A DNA stretch of 64,000 bases from Octopus vulgaris (taxonomy: Eukaryota), in NCBI GenBank assembly GCA_951406725.2, contig OX597817.1, positions 13,764,001-13,828,000 on the forward strand. The letters run 5' to 3'. The translations under genes and the position numbers were made by a program. Under the pieces are notes generated by a model. That model ran no database searches. It was not told the origin of the DNA and was given only the letters and a program-made list of their open reading frames with translations. This document shows, piece after piece, positions 1-14,345 of this stretch; the first letter of the stretch is position 1, and each line of letters begins with the position of its first letter.

Positions 1-176
1 CATTTTTCTGCAACTTTTCTGGAACAAATAAATAACAAAATCGGATTTAACGTGGAAAATTACTTCAATATAACAAATTTGGAAATTTTGACATACTTTT
101 AAAACCTCACAATATGTGACAGCAGCAGAGAAGGCCCTACAAAAGTAGAGATAGACAGTTATAGGACGAGACACAC

Positions 177-244
<68 letters not shown>

Positions 245-574
245 GCGCATTTACAAACGTACACACAGGTAGTCACGAGTCTAAAATGGTGTATAGTAGA
301 CATATGTATGTATGTATGTATATATGTATGTATGCATATGTATGTATATATGTATATGTATGTGTATGTGTGTGTGTATGTGAGTGTTTCTTTGCGATGG
401 GCAGCAGAAAGCCACCTAACACTTCTCTCCTTAAAGCTACGTATTCCTCACACCCACCGTTTTGTGTGTGTGTGTGCTGTATCTATGTATTTACGAAAGT
501 ATGTATGCAGTGTCGCGTGTATATGGCAGCTGTAGTAATGTTTACATCCCATTGCCAAAGCTGTTCTCTCCTTC

Positions 575-767
575 ACTGATGTAAGTCACCCTCTCTCTAT
601 AATGTGTCCTGGGGGCACATTATAGATTTTTATTGGAATTCAATTAGCCTGTTATTGAATTGGATGTTAGTGTAACATGTATGCAAAGTTTCGTGAATAT
701 TGGTTCACTGGTTTAGGCACTAAGATGGTAACAAACAGACAGAAATTGCCATTTATATATATATAGA
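575..767 (-). mobile_element. Degenerate non-autonomous Helitron-like fragment
   Basis: Minus strand begins tctatatatatataaatggcaatttctgtctgtttg...aaactttgcatacatg, resembling the 5' end of the Helitron at 4818-5203. The 3' end is degraded. Confidence 0.4.
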
Positions 768-777
768 CACATATATA

Positions 778-1451
778 CGAGGGGAAGTCAAAAGTTATCT
801 GTACTTTCGCCATAGCATATCTTTATTATTGTCACACTACCTTCTGCGCATGCGTGCTTATAGCTGGTACTATTGTGATCACGTGATCAAAGTTTGAGCC
901 TGATCACGCCATTTTTCTTTCTAGCTTTATAGTGTAAGCATTGCCGCTCCATTAGTAATGTGCACCAAAGTAGAACAAAGAGCAGTGATCCGAGAAATGG
1001 TAATGGTGAACCGGTTCACCATTGTCATCTCTCGAGCTTGCTAAAATCTACTCATCAGTGGTGGAGGTTGACGGGCGTCCTGATTTCTCTTCGCACGTCA
1101 CGCTTGGCCACTTTTAAACTTCTCGATTCACTACACACTTCTACACAGTAGAGCACTGTCCCCGTATTGCTGCTAAAAGCCTCCGATGAATTTCAGTACT
1201 TGACAAACCTTCCGACCAGAAAATCGGATCACTACCCTTTGTTCCTCTTTGGTGCACATTACTAGTGGAGCGGCCATGTGCTTACACTGTAAAGTCAGAA
1301 AGAAAAATGGCGTGATTGGGCTCAGACTTCCATCACATGTCCACAATAGCGCCATACACATGTCCACAATAGCACGCATACACAGAAGTATGTGTGATAA
1401 TCATCAAGAGATATTATGGCGAAAGTACGGATAATTTTTTACTTCCCCTGG
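778..1451. mobile_element. Non-autonomous foldback mariner (two transposase 5' ends head-to-head)
   Basis: TIRs cgaggggaagtcaaaagttatctgtactttcgccata / tatggcgaaagtacggataattttttacttcccctgg with TA on both sides. The minus strand encodes a frameshifted mariner N-terminus (MAAPLVMCTKEEQRVVIRF...EIHRRL...SGRPSTSTTDE). Central palindrome aatggtgaaccggttcaccatt at 1002-1023. Confidence 0.85.
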
Positions 1452-1505
1452 TATATACATATATAAATACACACACACACATGCACATACACATATGTGA
1501 CCTCG

Positions 1506-1699
1506 TGTGTACCGTTGGCGATTTTTTTCCTCTGTCTTCCCTTCTCGGGATCTTTCCTTCTCCTATGTTTCCGACGAAGAGCTCCGCTCGAAACGTTAAA
1601 CCCTCCTTCTTTCCTTCTTTCCTGAGCGTCCAATAATACTATATTTGTTCCACGTCCTCGCGTTGTTGTGTTTTTTTTTGTGTGCTTTCTTGTTTGGAT

Positions 1700-1704
<5 letters not shown>
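1506..1704 (+). mobile_element. ~200-bp hammerhead-containing element (Penelope-like LTR/retrozyme-like), copy 1
   Basis: Reverse-complement match to 38729-38926 with the same ends. Core gttt-CCGACGA-a-gagc-tcc-gctc-GAAAC-GTT-aaac at 1567-1601. The 3' end runs into (TA)n. Confidence 0.7.
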
Positions 1705-1752
<48 letters not shown>

Positions 1753-1754
<2 letters not shown>

Positions 1755-2090
1755 TAAGGGAATTACTATACATAAATGTCTCATGCTAGGAGGGACTCTT
1801 AAAGTCAAAACTACCATAATAAACACATTGTGCCGAACGCGAGGGAATGCAACTCTCGAAGCAGCCTTTTAAAAACAGATTCAGCTGAAGATCATATGAT
1901 TTCCTAATTAGTGCACAAAATGCACTTTTTAATCGTCAGTGCATGCATAATCAAGTCATATATTGTTTTTAAAAGGCTCGCTTCGAGAGTTGCATTCCTT
2001 CGCGTTCGAGTACAATGTTTTTATTATGGTAGTTTTGACTTCAAGAGTTCCTTCTAGCGTGAGGCATTTATGTATAGTAATGCCCTTAAT
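1753..2090. mobile_element. Long inverted-repeat element (~125-bp arms) next to (TA)n
   Basis: 1753-1877 is an imperfect reverse complement of 1963-2090 (e.g. gaatgcaactctcgaagc / gcttcgagagttgcattc). (TA)n tracts lie at about 1704-1750 and 2200-2223. Confidence 0.7.
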
Positions 2091-2223
2091 ATGAATAAAT
2101 ATATTTAAACGGAATAATTAATAAATTTTTCCTTTATGAGGTTTTTCACGCTAACTACTTGATAATTTGTTATAAAGATTTTATCCTATTTTTAAATTGT
2201 ATATATATATATATATATATATA

Positions 2224-2415
2224 TTGGGAGAATTCACAAAAAAAAACAGACGACGAAGACAGAAGACAGGTGGTGTAGACAACAAACGGATGTATTTGTA
2301 TAACGCTCGGGAAGTGAAAAAATCTTTAAAGTTTCGAGCCTACGCTCTTCCACAGATAGGAACACAGAAAGAAACAAGGAGAGAAAATAAAGAATGTGTA
2401 GTGGCTAGCGATCTG
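2224..2415 (-). mobile_element. ~190-bp element with a degenerate hammerhead core
   Basis: Minus strand reads atCTGTGGA-agagc-gtag-gctc-GAAAC-tttaaagat (2322-2357). Same architecture as 38729-38926 and abuts (TA)n. Confidence 0.5.
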
Positions 2416-2780
2416 TGCTATTCTGCATAAGTTAAGAAACGGTGACTAGCGAAAATGCTTGGTAAATATAAGTTCACACTGTATATATTGACTACAGAAA
2501 ACAGTCTAATATTAGAACATATAAACTCACGACGGAAAGAAGTGGATGCTAGTGTGCGCGCGCACGTTTTCTGTTTTTACATTGCGCATATGTGTGTACA
2601 TATTATATACATACAATGTATAGAAGACGGGGTGTGTGTGTGTTTGTATATGTATGTATATATGCACACATCCACACTCATTGAATTGAAGACGGTGTGT
2701 GTATATTATATATCTATATATCTATATATGTATATGCATATGTGCACATCACAATGACTAGAAGTCGGTTTGTGTATGAA

Positions 2781-2862
<82 letters not shown>

Positions 2863-2872
2863 TATATACAAT

Positions 2873-2935
<63 letters not shown>

Positions 2936-2948
2936 TGTATATATATAT

Positions 2949-3005
<57 letters not shown>

Positions 3006-4817
3006 CCGTCTTCTATGCGTAGTGCTTATGTATATGTGTGAGCTTATAACAAAAGTATCATCTATTCATAACCAGGCTCTGTTCGAACCTTCATTGTTAA
3101 ATCCCTGCCGTGAACCTTGTTCTATTATGTAAATTTCTTTACGCTACTATTACTTTCTTTACGTTATTCTTTACATTGTTCACATTCTTCTCAAAGCTGA
3201 AAGGTGAGGTAAGCGATCCCTGATGAGTCTTAAGAGATTGATCCTCTCTCTTAGCAGTCGAAGCCCCTGGGTTTATTTACGCGTTATATTGTTACAATGA
3301 GCGTAAACGTATGCTTATTAAACATATCCTATATAAGTTCAGTATACGTTGGCACACACGCACTAAACCATACAACACGCGCATTTATATATATGTATTA
3401 TATTAGGTATGTATAGATATATATATATACAAGCTTTTGCGTACGGTCGCGTGGGTGTACGTATTAATCCATGTTTGTATATTTGTGTAATGTAACGTGT
3501 GCATAATATAACATGCGCAAAAGCGTGCCTGCTTGTATGTGTTCCGGCGATGCGTGATATATTTAGTGGTCTGTTTAAGAAAGTGTCGTATTGTACACTT
3601 GCGCCGGCTTTTAGCATGAAGTTAAAGTTTAGTGTAAACGACGTCGGTGATATTGGTCGGTGTGAATAACAGGACAGGAGCGTAACAAAACAAAGTATTT
3701 GAGAGAATCTAGAAAAGTAGTTGAATTGTTTGAATAGTCCTGAATTGCTGGAGCTCAAGATATACATAATCTATATTAGAGTACACAATTGATCTGTGCA
3801 TGCGTGTGTGTGTGCGCGTGTGTGTGTGTATGTATATGATTGAAAGAAATTATAACCTTGTAATAGTTGGGTCGTCTAAGTGCAGCCTGCTTCGTGGAAG
3901 CGTGTAACTTGTTGAATGTCTTGCTCAATAGTCAGTAGTATTCGTTTATTCAGTGTATCTGAGAAAGAAGTAAATGACCCAGACGACCATACACTGGAGA
4001 ATTAGCGAGGTTTATATCGTTCATATTTACTTCGAATTTCTGTAGTGAAAACTTGGGACTGGAAAGAACTCCAGACGTAGTTCCGGAGTGGGATGACTGA
4101 AGATGACGAGGTACTTTGGAGCTAACCGAGATGGTGACACAGTTTGAATAGTAGTGGTAGACAGACGGGCCCTAGAAATGTTTTGCGTGAAGGGAAAGAA
4201 AAGTGAACTTAGAGACGTAAACTTAGAGTCATGGATCTTCATTCTTCGTGAATTTAGAGTCGTGACTCCTCATTCTTCGAGAACTTCATGGTGCAGTGGC
4301 GAACAAATAAAAAGAATGATGGATGCACATCGCTAGGAAAGTTTTTTAAAACTGTTTTAATATTATTTTTTTATAGAGAATCCCATTGTATACTTTTTTA
4401 TTAATTATATTGTATTAATCATATTATTGTTTTGACGAAATCATAAATTAACCGGTTTTCAAGATGATTAAACATTAGTATGAATTATCTTAAAGCTTAA
4501 ATTCTACTTTTAAAAATCTACGGCGCACCTAGATACTCTCTGCGGTACACTGTTCGAGAGTTACTGATGTAGAGAATTAACAATTGAGATTTTTTTCTAC
4601 ATTGATCTAGAAAAATATTGTTTAGGGCAGCCATGGGAATGCATGAGTACATTGGGTGCATCGGCCTGAAATTGTAAGCAGTTCACTCGTGTTAGACATA
4701 CTTTTGTGTTTGGTAGAGACTTAGCAATTTTTGAGAGACTGAAGTATGTGAACTGATATTTTAGAATGACGTATCAGGATATAATGTAAAGGAGTAACGA
4801 AATATTTTTATCTATGA

Positions 4818-5203
4818 CTAGCAGTATCACCCGGCGTTGCTCAGGTTTGTAAGGGAAATAACTATAAAGCATTTTTAGAGAGTTATAGCCAAAAAATAGC
4901 AAAAAAATGGAAAAAAAATGATGGTAAATTTTTTTTTGAGAGTTAAAAAAGGTGGAGTTGCGTCCCCTAGACGGTCTGTGGTTTGGGTTTCTGATTCTCG
5001 ACCCCATGTCGAATTTATCGATTTTTTTCAGAACTGGGGGAACTTTTCAAAATTTTCGCTGCGTTAGTTTTGAATTATGACATTGGGCTATGTGTGTGTC
5101 AAGTTTCATCAGAATCGGTTGAAAGCCGTGGTCAGAGTGAGGGTACGAGAAAACAGACACACAGAAACACGCACAGACAAACTGCCGTTTATATAGAGAG
5201 AGA
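4818..5203 (-). mobile_element. Non-autonomous Helitron
   Basis: Minus strand starts A|TCtctctatataaa and ends with hairpin cctgagcaacgccggg followed by ...CTAG|T. A/T insertion site, no TSD. Confidence 0.8.
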
Positions 5204-5592
5204 TATATTAGTAAAGGAAAAGAGAAAAGCAGAAATCAGTATATACGAGTTTTAAATAGCCCAAAATGCATCTATTGCAACTGAACTATCTGAAATATAA
5301 TGCAATTGATGGTTATTTAAGTGTTCCGAGATGCAAATAAATCAATGGATTAAATGCTTTTTTTTTTTTGACAGCGTATTTATACATTTGTATGTATGAA
5401 GGGGTTGGTGTTGGAGGTACACATATACTTTCTTGTGTTCCAATTGTAAAATAATATGTATAAATATTATTTACATTCAAATGGGTACACGCCGGCGTGA
5501 GCATGTGTAGCTATGTGTATTAGAGCCTGCACATGCGTACTTGTGTATTTCTTGTGGCACAGACCAATGTGTACAAATGCCTTACACTAGTG

Positions 5593-5811
5593 CAGTGCTT
5601 TTCAAACTTTTTGCTGGAGCGGAAACCCAAGGAAACATTCCACTGGCTCGAGAAACCCCAGTGCAATAATCTAATAGTCTTATGCACACATATCTGCACA
5701 GGAGAATTACAAATTACTGCCGATTTTAGCAGTTTTGTAACTTCTTGCGGAACTCCTGGACTGTACTGGCGGAACCCTAAGGTTCCGCGGAACCCTGGTT
5801 GAAAACCACTG
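5593..5811. mobile_element. hAT (Charlie/Buster-type) MITE
   Basis: TIRs cagtgcttttcaaac / ggttgaaaaccactg. Perfect 8-bp TSD cactagtg (5585-5592, 5812-5819) with a central TA. Confidence 0.92.
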
Positions 5812-5847
5812 CACTAGTGTATACTAATGCATACTAACCTCTTTTCT

Positions 5848-5923
5848 AGTGAGGGCGCGTGGCTTAGTGGTTAGGGTATTCGGCTCATGATCGTAAGGTT
5901 GTGAGTTCGATTCAGCTGGGACC
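5848..5923 (+). mobile_element. Head-only tRNA-derived SINE copy (family C head) with 16-bp TSD
   Basis: A box tggcttagtgg and B box gttcgattc. Matches the head of the SINE at 18402-18727. Direct repeat tactaacctcttttct at 5832-5847 and 5924-5939. Confidence 0.8.
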
Positions 5924-6504
5924 TACTAACCTCTTTTCTGTATTTCACCGTGTAACTATAACTTACCATCCCGACTTCCATCCCAGCCCATATACCAGAA
6001 GAAACTTAGTGATATATACAACACAATTGATTGCTAATATTATCATCCTTAAAATAAACGTTAAGGAAAATAAACCTAGAAAAAATAATAAAGTATTTTT
6101 CAGCCTAAAGATAAATTTTCTAATTGGAATTCCCAAATTCCCTCGTGGAATGTTTTAATTTCCTCCGGGATTAAATTCCATCGGGCTAAGAACTGAAGTT
6201 TAAATGAAGAAAATCAACTGAGAGACTTGTTGATCACCTGATCAAGCTACATGAGCACCACACGACTCTCTTTCACTTTTCTTTGTCCAGAAATTTTTAC
6301 ATTTAACCATCAGAGAAGAATGGACAGTGATCATGACCTTTGCAGAGTGTCGCAGGATAATCAAACGAATGTTGTTGATATTTAGTTTGAAGAATTGTTA
6401 GTTGACTTCTGCAACAAAAATGGGGGAGATTTGCTGTTACGGGGTTGAGCGATTGGGAACAGAGCTTGATTCAGGATTCACCACAATTAATGACCTGGAT
6501 ATCA

Positions 6505-7998
<1,494 letters not shown>

Positions 7999-8019
7999 TA
8001 GTTATAATGATCAGTAGGA

Positions 8020-9195
8020 ACTCGCCTTTATATCAATTGGATTAAAAGAGAGTGGGTGATCTCTGTAAAAGGGCTTCACGAGGAGCTTTGACGATATGGA
8101 AATAACTGATCTCGTAGGATTATTTATTCTTGACACTCTTAAAAAGCGTTTCATCCTTTGTAACTCCAGACAATATAGAGATGAAAGCTTAGTAATCTCA
8201 CAACATGAACAGCCACGCCATGGATAAATTTTGCGAAGGATCTAATTGAAATATTCAAGGAACTTCGTCTACACATAACGAATAATACCTTGCAACGTAG
8301 GTGCTGGACTTCGGCTTATTGTTATCTCTCATTTCCATAATTTTTATATACAAGATTGATATGCGCAGCCATTGTGGAAGTGGTATCAATATCGGTGGGT
8401 GTAGGATCGATCGGATGTTATTTGTAGACGACATGGTGTTTACTTGGCTGATCAGGAGGTGATCTCCAGCATGCACTCAATGGATTCACTGTCGAGTACT
8501 GCAAGTCAAGGATGTGAATTAGGGTTGCGAAGACTGAGCCGTTGATCCTCTCTAGAAAGTATTTCTAGTGGACTCTGCACGTTAGTGAATCATTACTGAG
8601 GCAAGTGCAGAGGTTTAAGTATCTCGGGGCCATATTCACAAGGAAGCTGAATTGGATGCTAGAATTGTAAGACGTGCCGGCAGAGTAATGCGCCAGCTCC
8701 AGCATTCGATCCTCAGAAGAGGTTGGTAAAAAAAAGTCAAACTCACTATCTTCAGTTTGGTGCCTATCTTCACTAGGTCATGAATATTTAGCAATGACTG
8801 AAAGAGTACGCGAATAGAAGTGGCTGAAATGGGTTTCCTCCGAAGGGTCTTTGGAGTAACGTCACTCAAGAAGATACGTAGCCTCTCCAGGTTGAACTGA
8901 TACTTCTCCGCATTGAGAGGCCACAGCTCAGGTACAACAGAATGTGGTTATAATGTCGTAGGAAAGAATCGCAGGACAGATTCTTCAAGCCTAGTCAAAC
9001 GGGTAGAAGACTTCGGTGTAGACCAAGACAGAAATGGTTAGATAATATTCACAGTCTCAGTTGGTCACGCTGAGGAATCCGGCCGGAAAGTGTAATGGTG
9101 GTTGCTGCTGACAGGATCCTACGGAGGAGGTGCCTAAGAACTCTCTCTCCATGACTCTCCCAGGAACAGTAGGCAGAGAAGATGGATAGATGGAA
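8020..9195 (+). pseudogene. RTE-clade LINE reverse transcriptase 3' remnant
   Basis: Frameshifted motifs LFVDD (8418-8432), LQHALNGF, QVQRFKYLG, ELDARI, AEMGFLRRV, RIER, RPRQKWLDNI, ending in a gatgga-type tail. Confidence 0.85.
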
Positions 9196-9514
9196 TAATA
9201 ATACCAAGTTAAGAATAACTAACCTTTTAGATATAGTACTATTTCAAACATAGACGTAAAATGGCCCCGAATATATATGCCGAAAAATTCCAATCACTCC
9301 TTCATTAGCCTTAACTAAGAACTTTCCAAAAAGAAGGAAGAGCGTCTCCGATCTATTCTCAGAAAGAGACAGCATGAGAGGGACCACCTTCTGTTATAAT
9401 GAGTCACTAGCCAAAAGCGGTTTTAACAAGAGGTTATCATATTAGAAGGACTCCAACAAATAAATTAGCAGAACCATGAGGAGGATGATAATTTCGTTTA
9501 ATCTACAGTACAAC

Positions 9515-9648
9515 AAGAGACCGATAGAATAAGTACTGGGCTTACAAAGAATAAGTCCCGGGGTCGATTTGCTCGACTAAAGGCAGTGCTCCAGCATGGC
9601 CGCAGTCAAATGACTGAAACGAGTAAAAGAGTAAAAGAGTATAGAGTA
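9515..9648 (+). mobile_element. SINE family A, 3' fragment
   Basis: agagaccgatagaataagtactgggc...gtcaaatgactgaaac with (gagtaaaa)n tail; near-identical to 14130-14250. Confidence 0.85.
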
Positions 9649-9934
9649 ATTATGAAGATCAATTTTCTATAATAGTATATGAATATAAACTCAACAACTT
9701 AAAGCTGGTGCGCGGCGCAGAAACAAATGCTGTGACCTACTATCAAAGCCTGATATATTCTATCCTCGCGTTATACTATTCTTGTATCAATCTTATACAG
9801 ACAAAATGATGTTACACTTCACACCATTTTCTAACATACTTCTTTTTTACATGCGACGTGTTGTAATTGTTTAGCGAATATTTTCAATTCAGCACCAAGA
9901 CGTGGATATTGTGGCTCTGTCGTCACCAGATGGT

Positions 9935-10250
9935 GTATGTATGCGTGTATGTATGTATGTATGTATGTATGTATGTATGTATGTATGTATGTATGTATGT
10001 ATGTATGTATGTATGTATGTATGTATGTATGTATGCATGCATGCATGTATGTATGTATGTATGTATGTATGTATGTATGAATGTATGTATGTATGTATGA
10101 ATGTATGTATGTATGTATGTATGTATGAATGTATGTATGTATGTATGAATGTATGTATGTATGTATGTATGTATGTATGTATGTATGAATGTATGTATGT
10201 ATGTATGTATGTATGTATGTATGTATGTATGTATGTATGTATGCATGTGT
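9935..10250. repeat. (TATG)n microsatellite
   Basis: Tetranucleotide tract read directly. Confidence 0.95.
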
Positions 10251-10255
10251 GTATA

Positions 10256-10299
<44 letters not shown>

Positions 10300-10369
10300 A
10301 TATGACATCGGTGTCTATATATATGCGAGTGCGTGAATATATCTATGAAAGAGCGTGAATACAGGCTAA

Positions 10370-10435
<66 letters not shown>

Positions 10436-10562
10436 ACATATATATGTATGCATATATATGTATATTTAGCATAATATAAATAATATATATATATATATGC
10501 ATATATACACACATATATATACATACCTACATATATATGTATATATACATGCATATATGTGT

Positions 10563-10909
10563 ACAGGACGTCAAAAAAATGTGAGCAAAATGAAAAACGA
10601 GAACAAAAAACAAAAACATGGAAAACGAATTTATTTTTGGACAACGAAAGAAACAAATAGAGAAACGTGACAAGCAACATAAAGAACAATCCCGTCATCA
10701 GTTGTCCCCTGTTTTATCTACTCTGCGTTTCGAAGGTTGGGACAAGACGCGACTTCGTTAAAACAGTCCTTCCCGCAAAGCAAATTAAATAAAATTTGGG
10801 ATATTTCCGGTGGGTTAAAGGGTTAAAGTGTCTGAAAATAAAATTCGTTTTCCATTTTTGTGTGTTTCTATGTTCTCGTTTTTCATTTTGTTCACGTTTT
10901 TTTTATGTC

Positions 10910-10913
<4 letters not shown>
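10563..10913. mobile_element. Element with ~80-bp terminal inverted repeats in (TA)n and a degenerate hammerhead on the minus strand
   Basis: acaggacgtcaaaaaaatgtgagcaaaatgaaaaacgagaac... mirrors ...gttctcgtttttcattttgttcacgttttttt-atgtcctgt. Minus core ctgttTTAACGA-ag...cttc-GAAAC-gcaga-GTA-gat-aaaacag at about 10703-10766. Confidence 0.65.
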
Positions 10914-10974
<61 letters not shown>

Positions 10975-11096
10975 TATATATATGCATGTATATATACATA
11001 TATAGGTAAATATGTACATATATGCATGTATAAATGCATATATATATTATTTATATTATTATATGATCGAACGCCACGTATACATTTCCAAGTAAG

Positions 11097-11131
<35 letters not shown>

Positions 11132-11807
11132 CAAGAGCGTGTGTACGTGTATCTCTCAGCACCGGTGTAGAATGCCAGTAACTCGGAACGGATAAGCCAT
11201 TTGCGAAGGTAAATGTCTTGGTTACACACACAATGCCGTATCAAAAACCTTATACGAACCGACACACTCTAATTTGATTGTGTGGAGATTGCACACGTTC
11301 AATGCATTCTAGTTTCCTATACTTAGATATACACCCACGTAATTTACAACATTCTAGTCTCTTGTATTCTTATGCTTTGAATATTTTTTGGGAGATAAAT
11401 CTTCTACGAGCTAAGCGTTATCTCCTTATTGATGACAATGAGAAATTGTGTCTTAATTAAGCACGAATCCTTAGAACTAAGGAGGAGGTGACATGGGAGG
11501 GATTGTAATCTTCTTGTATTACATGCAATCATGAATAGTAATCACATCTATCAAAAGTTTACATGAATTAAAAAGAACAATATCAAAGAACAACGAAGTA
11601 AACAATAACAATTAAACTCATGAATACTGGCGGACATTGTAATAGCAATGGTACATACATACATACATGCATACATACATATATACATACATATATACAT
11701 ACATACATGCATACATAAATACATGCATACGTATATGCATACATATATACATACATACATACATACACACATACGTACATACATACATACATTCACACAT
11801 ACATACA

Positions 11808-11899
<92 letters not shown>

Positions 11900-11932
11900 T
11901 ACATATATATATATACATACATATATACATAC

Positions 11933-12039
<107 letters not shown>

Positions 12040-12732
12040 GGAGAAAATAATGTGGAAACGTGGTTTTTCCTAGAGAGTTCGTTAATCCGACACCTGCAGT
12101 TTTTACAAGCTTATCGGTACCAAAAAACCAGTGCTATCGAAAAGATTTATTGCATAATTTTTTTTATATATATAAAAAAGAACAACACAAAAGGAAACTA
12201 AAACGGAAAAAATAACTGAGTCTTTTGTTGAAGATGTGGCACTCATTACAATCTATAACACCACCTGATGTAGCACGTGTTGAGTGCCGTGCTGGGTGTC
12301 ACACGACGGTGTCAACGAGCAAACCTAAACCAATATAGCACGTGTTGAGTATCGTGTTAGGTGTCACGCTGCTGTTCCATCCAAGAAATCATAATTCATA
12401 GAGACAGAAAAAAAAAAAAAAGTGAAATCATAAAAAATAAATAAAATAGATAACAAACTACGAAATATATTACAATATTTAATGCAAGCAGAATTCTGTT
12501 GTTTTAAATAAAAATCTGAATCTACTCAGAGCCATAAAAAACCCCCCAAAGCAATAAACAAATCATGATAGATAAGATAAAAAAAAGGAAAGAGTGAAAA
12601 GTGACACAAAATAGATAAGCGATGTAATAATTAATAGTTTAAAGTATCTTTTTAGAACACTGGATCTCGAAGCACGTAGCTCTCTAAATTATAGCATGTA
12701 AATATTGGGCTGAAAAAATCCCCCTTTGTATA

Positions 12733-13336
12733 TATTTCTTTATTGCCCACAAGGAGCTCAACACAGAGGGGGACAAACAAGGACAGACAAACGGATTAAG
12801 GCGATTACATCGACCCCAGTGCGTAACTGGTATTTTATTTATCGACCCTGAAAAGATGAAAGGCAGAGTCGACTTCGGCGTAATTTGAACTCAGAACGTA
12901 ATGGCAGACGAAATATCTACTTCTTTACTACCCACAAGAGGCTAAATACAGAGAGGACAAACAAGGACAGACAAACGGATTAAGGCGATTACATCGACCC
13001 CAGTGCGAAACTGGTACTTTATCTATCGATCCCGAAAGGATGAAAGTCAGAGTCGACCTCGGCGGAATTTGAACTCAGAACGTAATGGCAGACGAAATAC
13101 CTATTTCTTTACTACCCACAAGGGGCTAAACACAGAGAGGACAAACAAGGACAGACAAACGGATTAAGTCGATTACATCGACTCCAGTGCGTAACCGGTA
13201 CTTAATTTATCGACCCCCGAAAGGATGAAAGGCAAAGTCGACCTCGGCGGAATTTGAACTCAGAACGTAACGGCAGACGAAATACGACCACGCATTTTGC
13301 CCGGCGCGCTAACGTTTCTGCCAGCTCGCCGCCTTA
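12733..13336 (-). mobile_element. SINE family B, tandem trimer (one head plus three body/tail units)
   Basis: Head aaggcggcgagctggcagaaacgttagc, B box gagttcaaattcc, core gcctttcatcctttcggggtcgataaa. The ~187-bp headless unit is repeated. Confidence 0.9.
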
Positions 13337-13852
13337 AAACCCTTTTGTATAGAAAAAGTTGAAGCTGCACGTAGGACTCGAATCTATATTTGTTGACAAG
13401 ACAGGTGGTCTACTAATTGTAGGTGTAGGTTCGAGTCCCAGGGCAGCCTTCGACTTTTTTCGACTCTTTATTTACACGCTATTATTTGTAGCTTTATGTG
13501 CTTCGGGATCCACTTCCAAATAAAGAATTATAGCACGATCTCCTGGTAGTTTATAACACATTCTTATGACTTCAACAATCAGTTTTGTAACGACTTATTA
13601 ACACATTGTGTTGGCAATTAGCAGAAACGATTAAACGCCTCACATTATTTAGTTTCATTTCTTGGTTTCTAGTTTAAGTGTAGTCATGGTCAACTTTAAT
13701 TTTCTTCCTTCCGGGATCACTAAAATAAATAATCACTGATAAATACTGCGAATTGCTTATACACACCGATATATATACATACCCTCTTCCCAGCAAAAAT
13801 GTGGCCTTGTGCCAATATCAGAAATCATTTGTAGTTTTTTAAATTATGAATA

Positions 13853-14257
13853 GGCGCAGGAGTGGCTGTGTGGTAAGTAGCTTGCTAACCAACCACATGG
13901 TTCCGGGTTCAGTCCCACTGCATGGCACCTTGGGCAAGTGTCTTCTGCTATATCCCCGGGCCGACCAATGCCTTGTGAGTGGATTTGGTAGACAGAAACT
14001 GAAAGAAGCCTGTCGTATATATGTATATATATATATATGTATGTGTTTGTGTGTCTATGTTTGTCCCCCTAGCATCGCTTGAAACCGATGCTGGTGTGTT
14101 TACGTCCCCGTTACTTAGCGGTTCGGCAAAAGAGACCGATAGAATAAGTACTGGGCTTACAAAGAATAAGTCCCGGGGTCGATTTGCTCGACTAAAGGCG
14201 GTGCTCCAGCATGGCCGCAGTCAAATGACTGAAACAAGTAAAAGAGAATAAAAGAGA
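13853..14257 (+). mobile_element. SINE family A (tRNA-derived, CORE-like), full length
   Basis: A box tggctgtgtgg, B box gggttcagtccc, CORE-like gcaccttgggcaagtgtctt, internal TA/TG microsatellite and (aaaagag)n tail. More than ten related copies in the window. Confidence 0.9.
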
Positions 14258-14345
14258 AAGTGTACAATGAAATGGTTGAAATGATGAAGCAGTTTGTAGA
14301 ATTTAATTTTGGTTTCATGACTTCAGTCCGTAATTACTACCGAAT

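Noticed and set aside
1025-1062. Minus-strand CTGATGAG...CTCGAGAG resembling a hammerhead
   Set aside because: Lacks GAAA and lies within mariner transposase coding sequence (STTDE).
4294-4566. Possible second hAT MITE (cagtggcgaac...gagttactg)
   Set aside because: Ends are too degenerate and there is no matching 8-bp TSD.
5849-5920. Functional tRNA genes at the SINE heads
   Set aside because: A and B boxes are present but no complete cloverleaf is evident, and the copies continue into SINE bodies or carry TSDs.
12271-12367. Two 32-bp direct repeats with a 33-bp spacer, CRISPR-like in geometry
   Set aside because: Only two imperfect copies, no cas genes and a eukaryotic context; best read as a local duplication.
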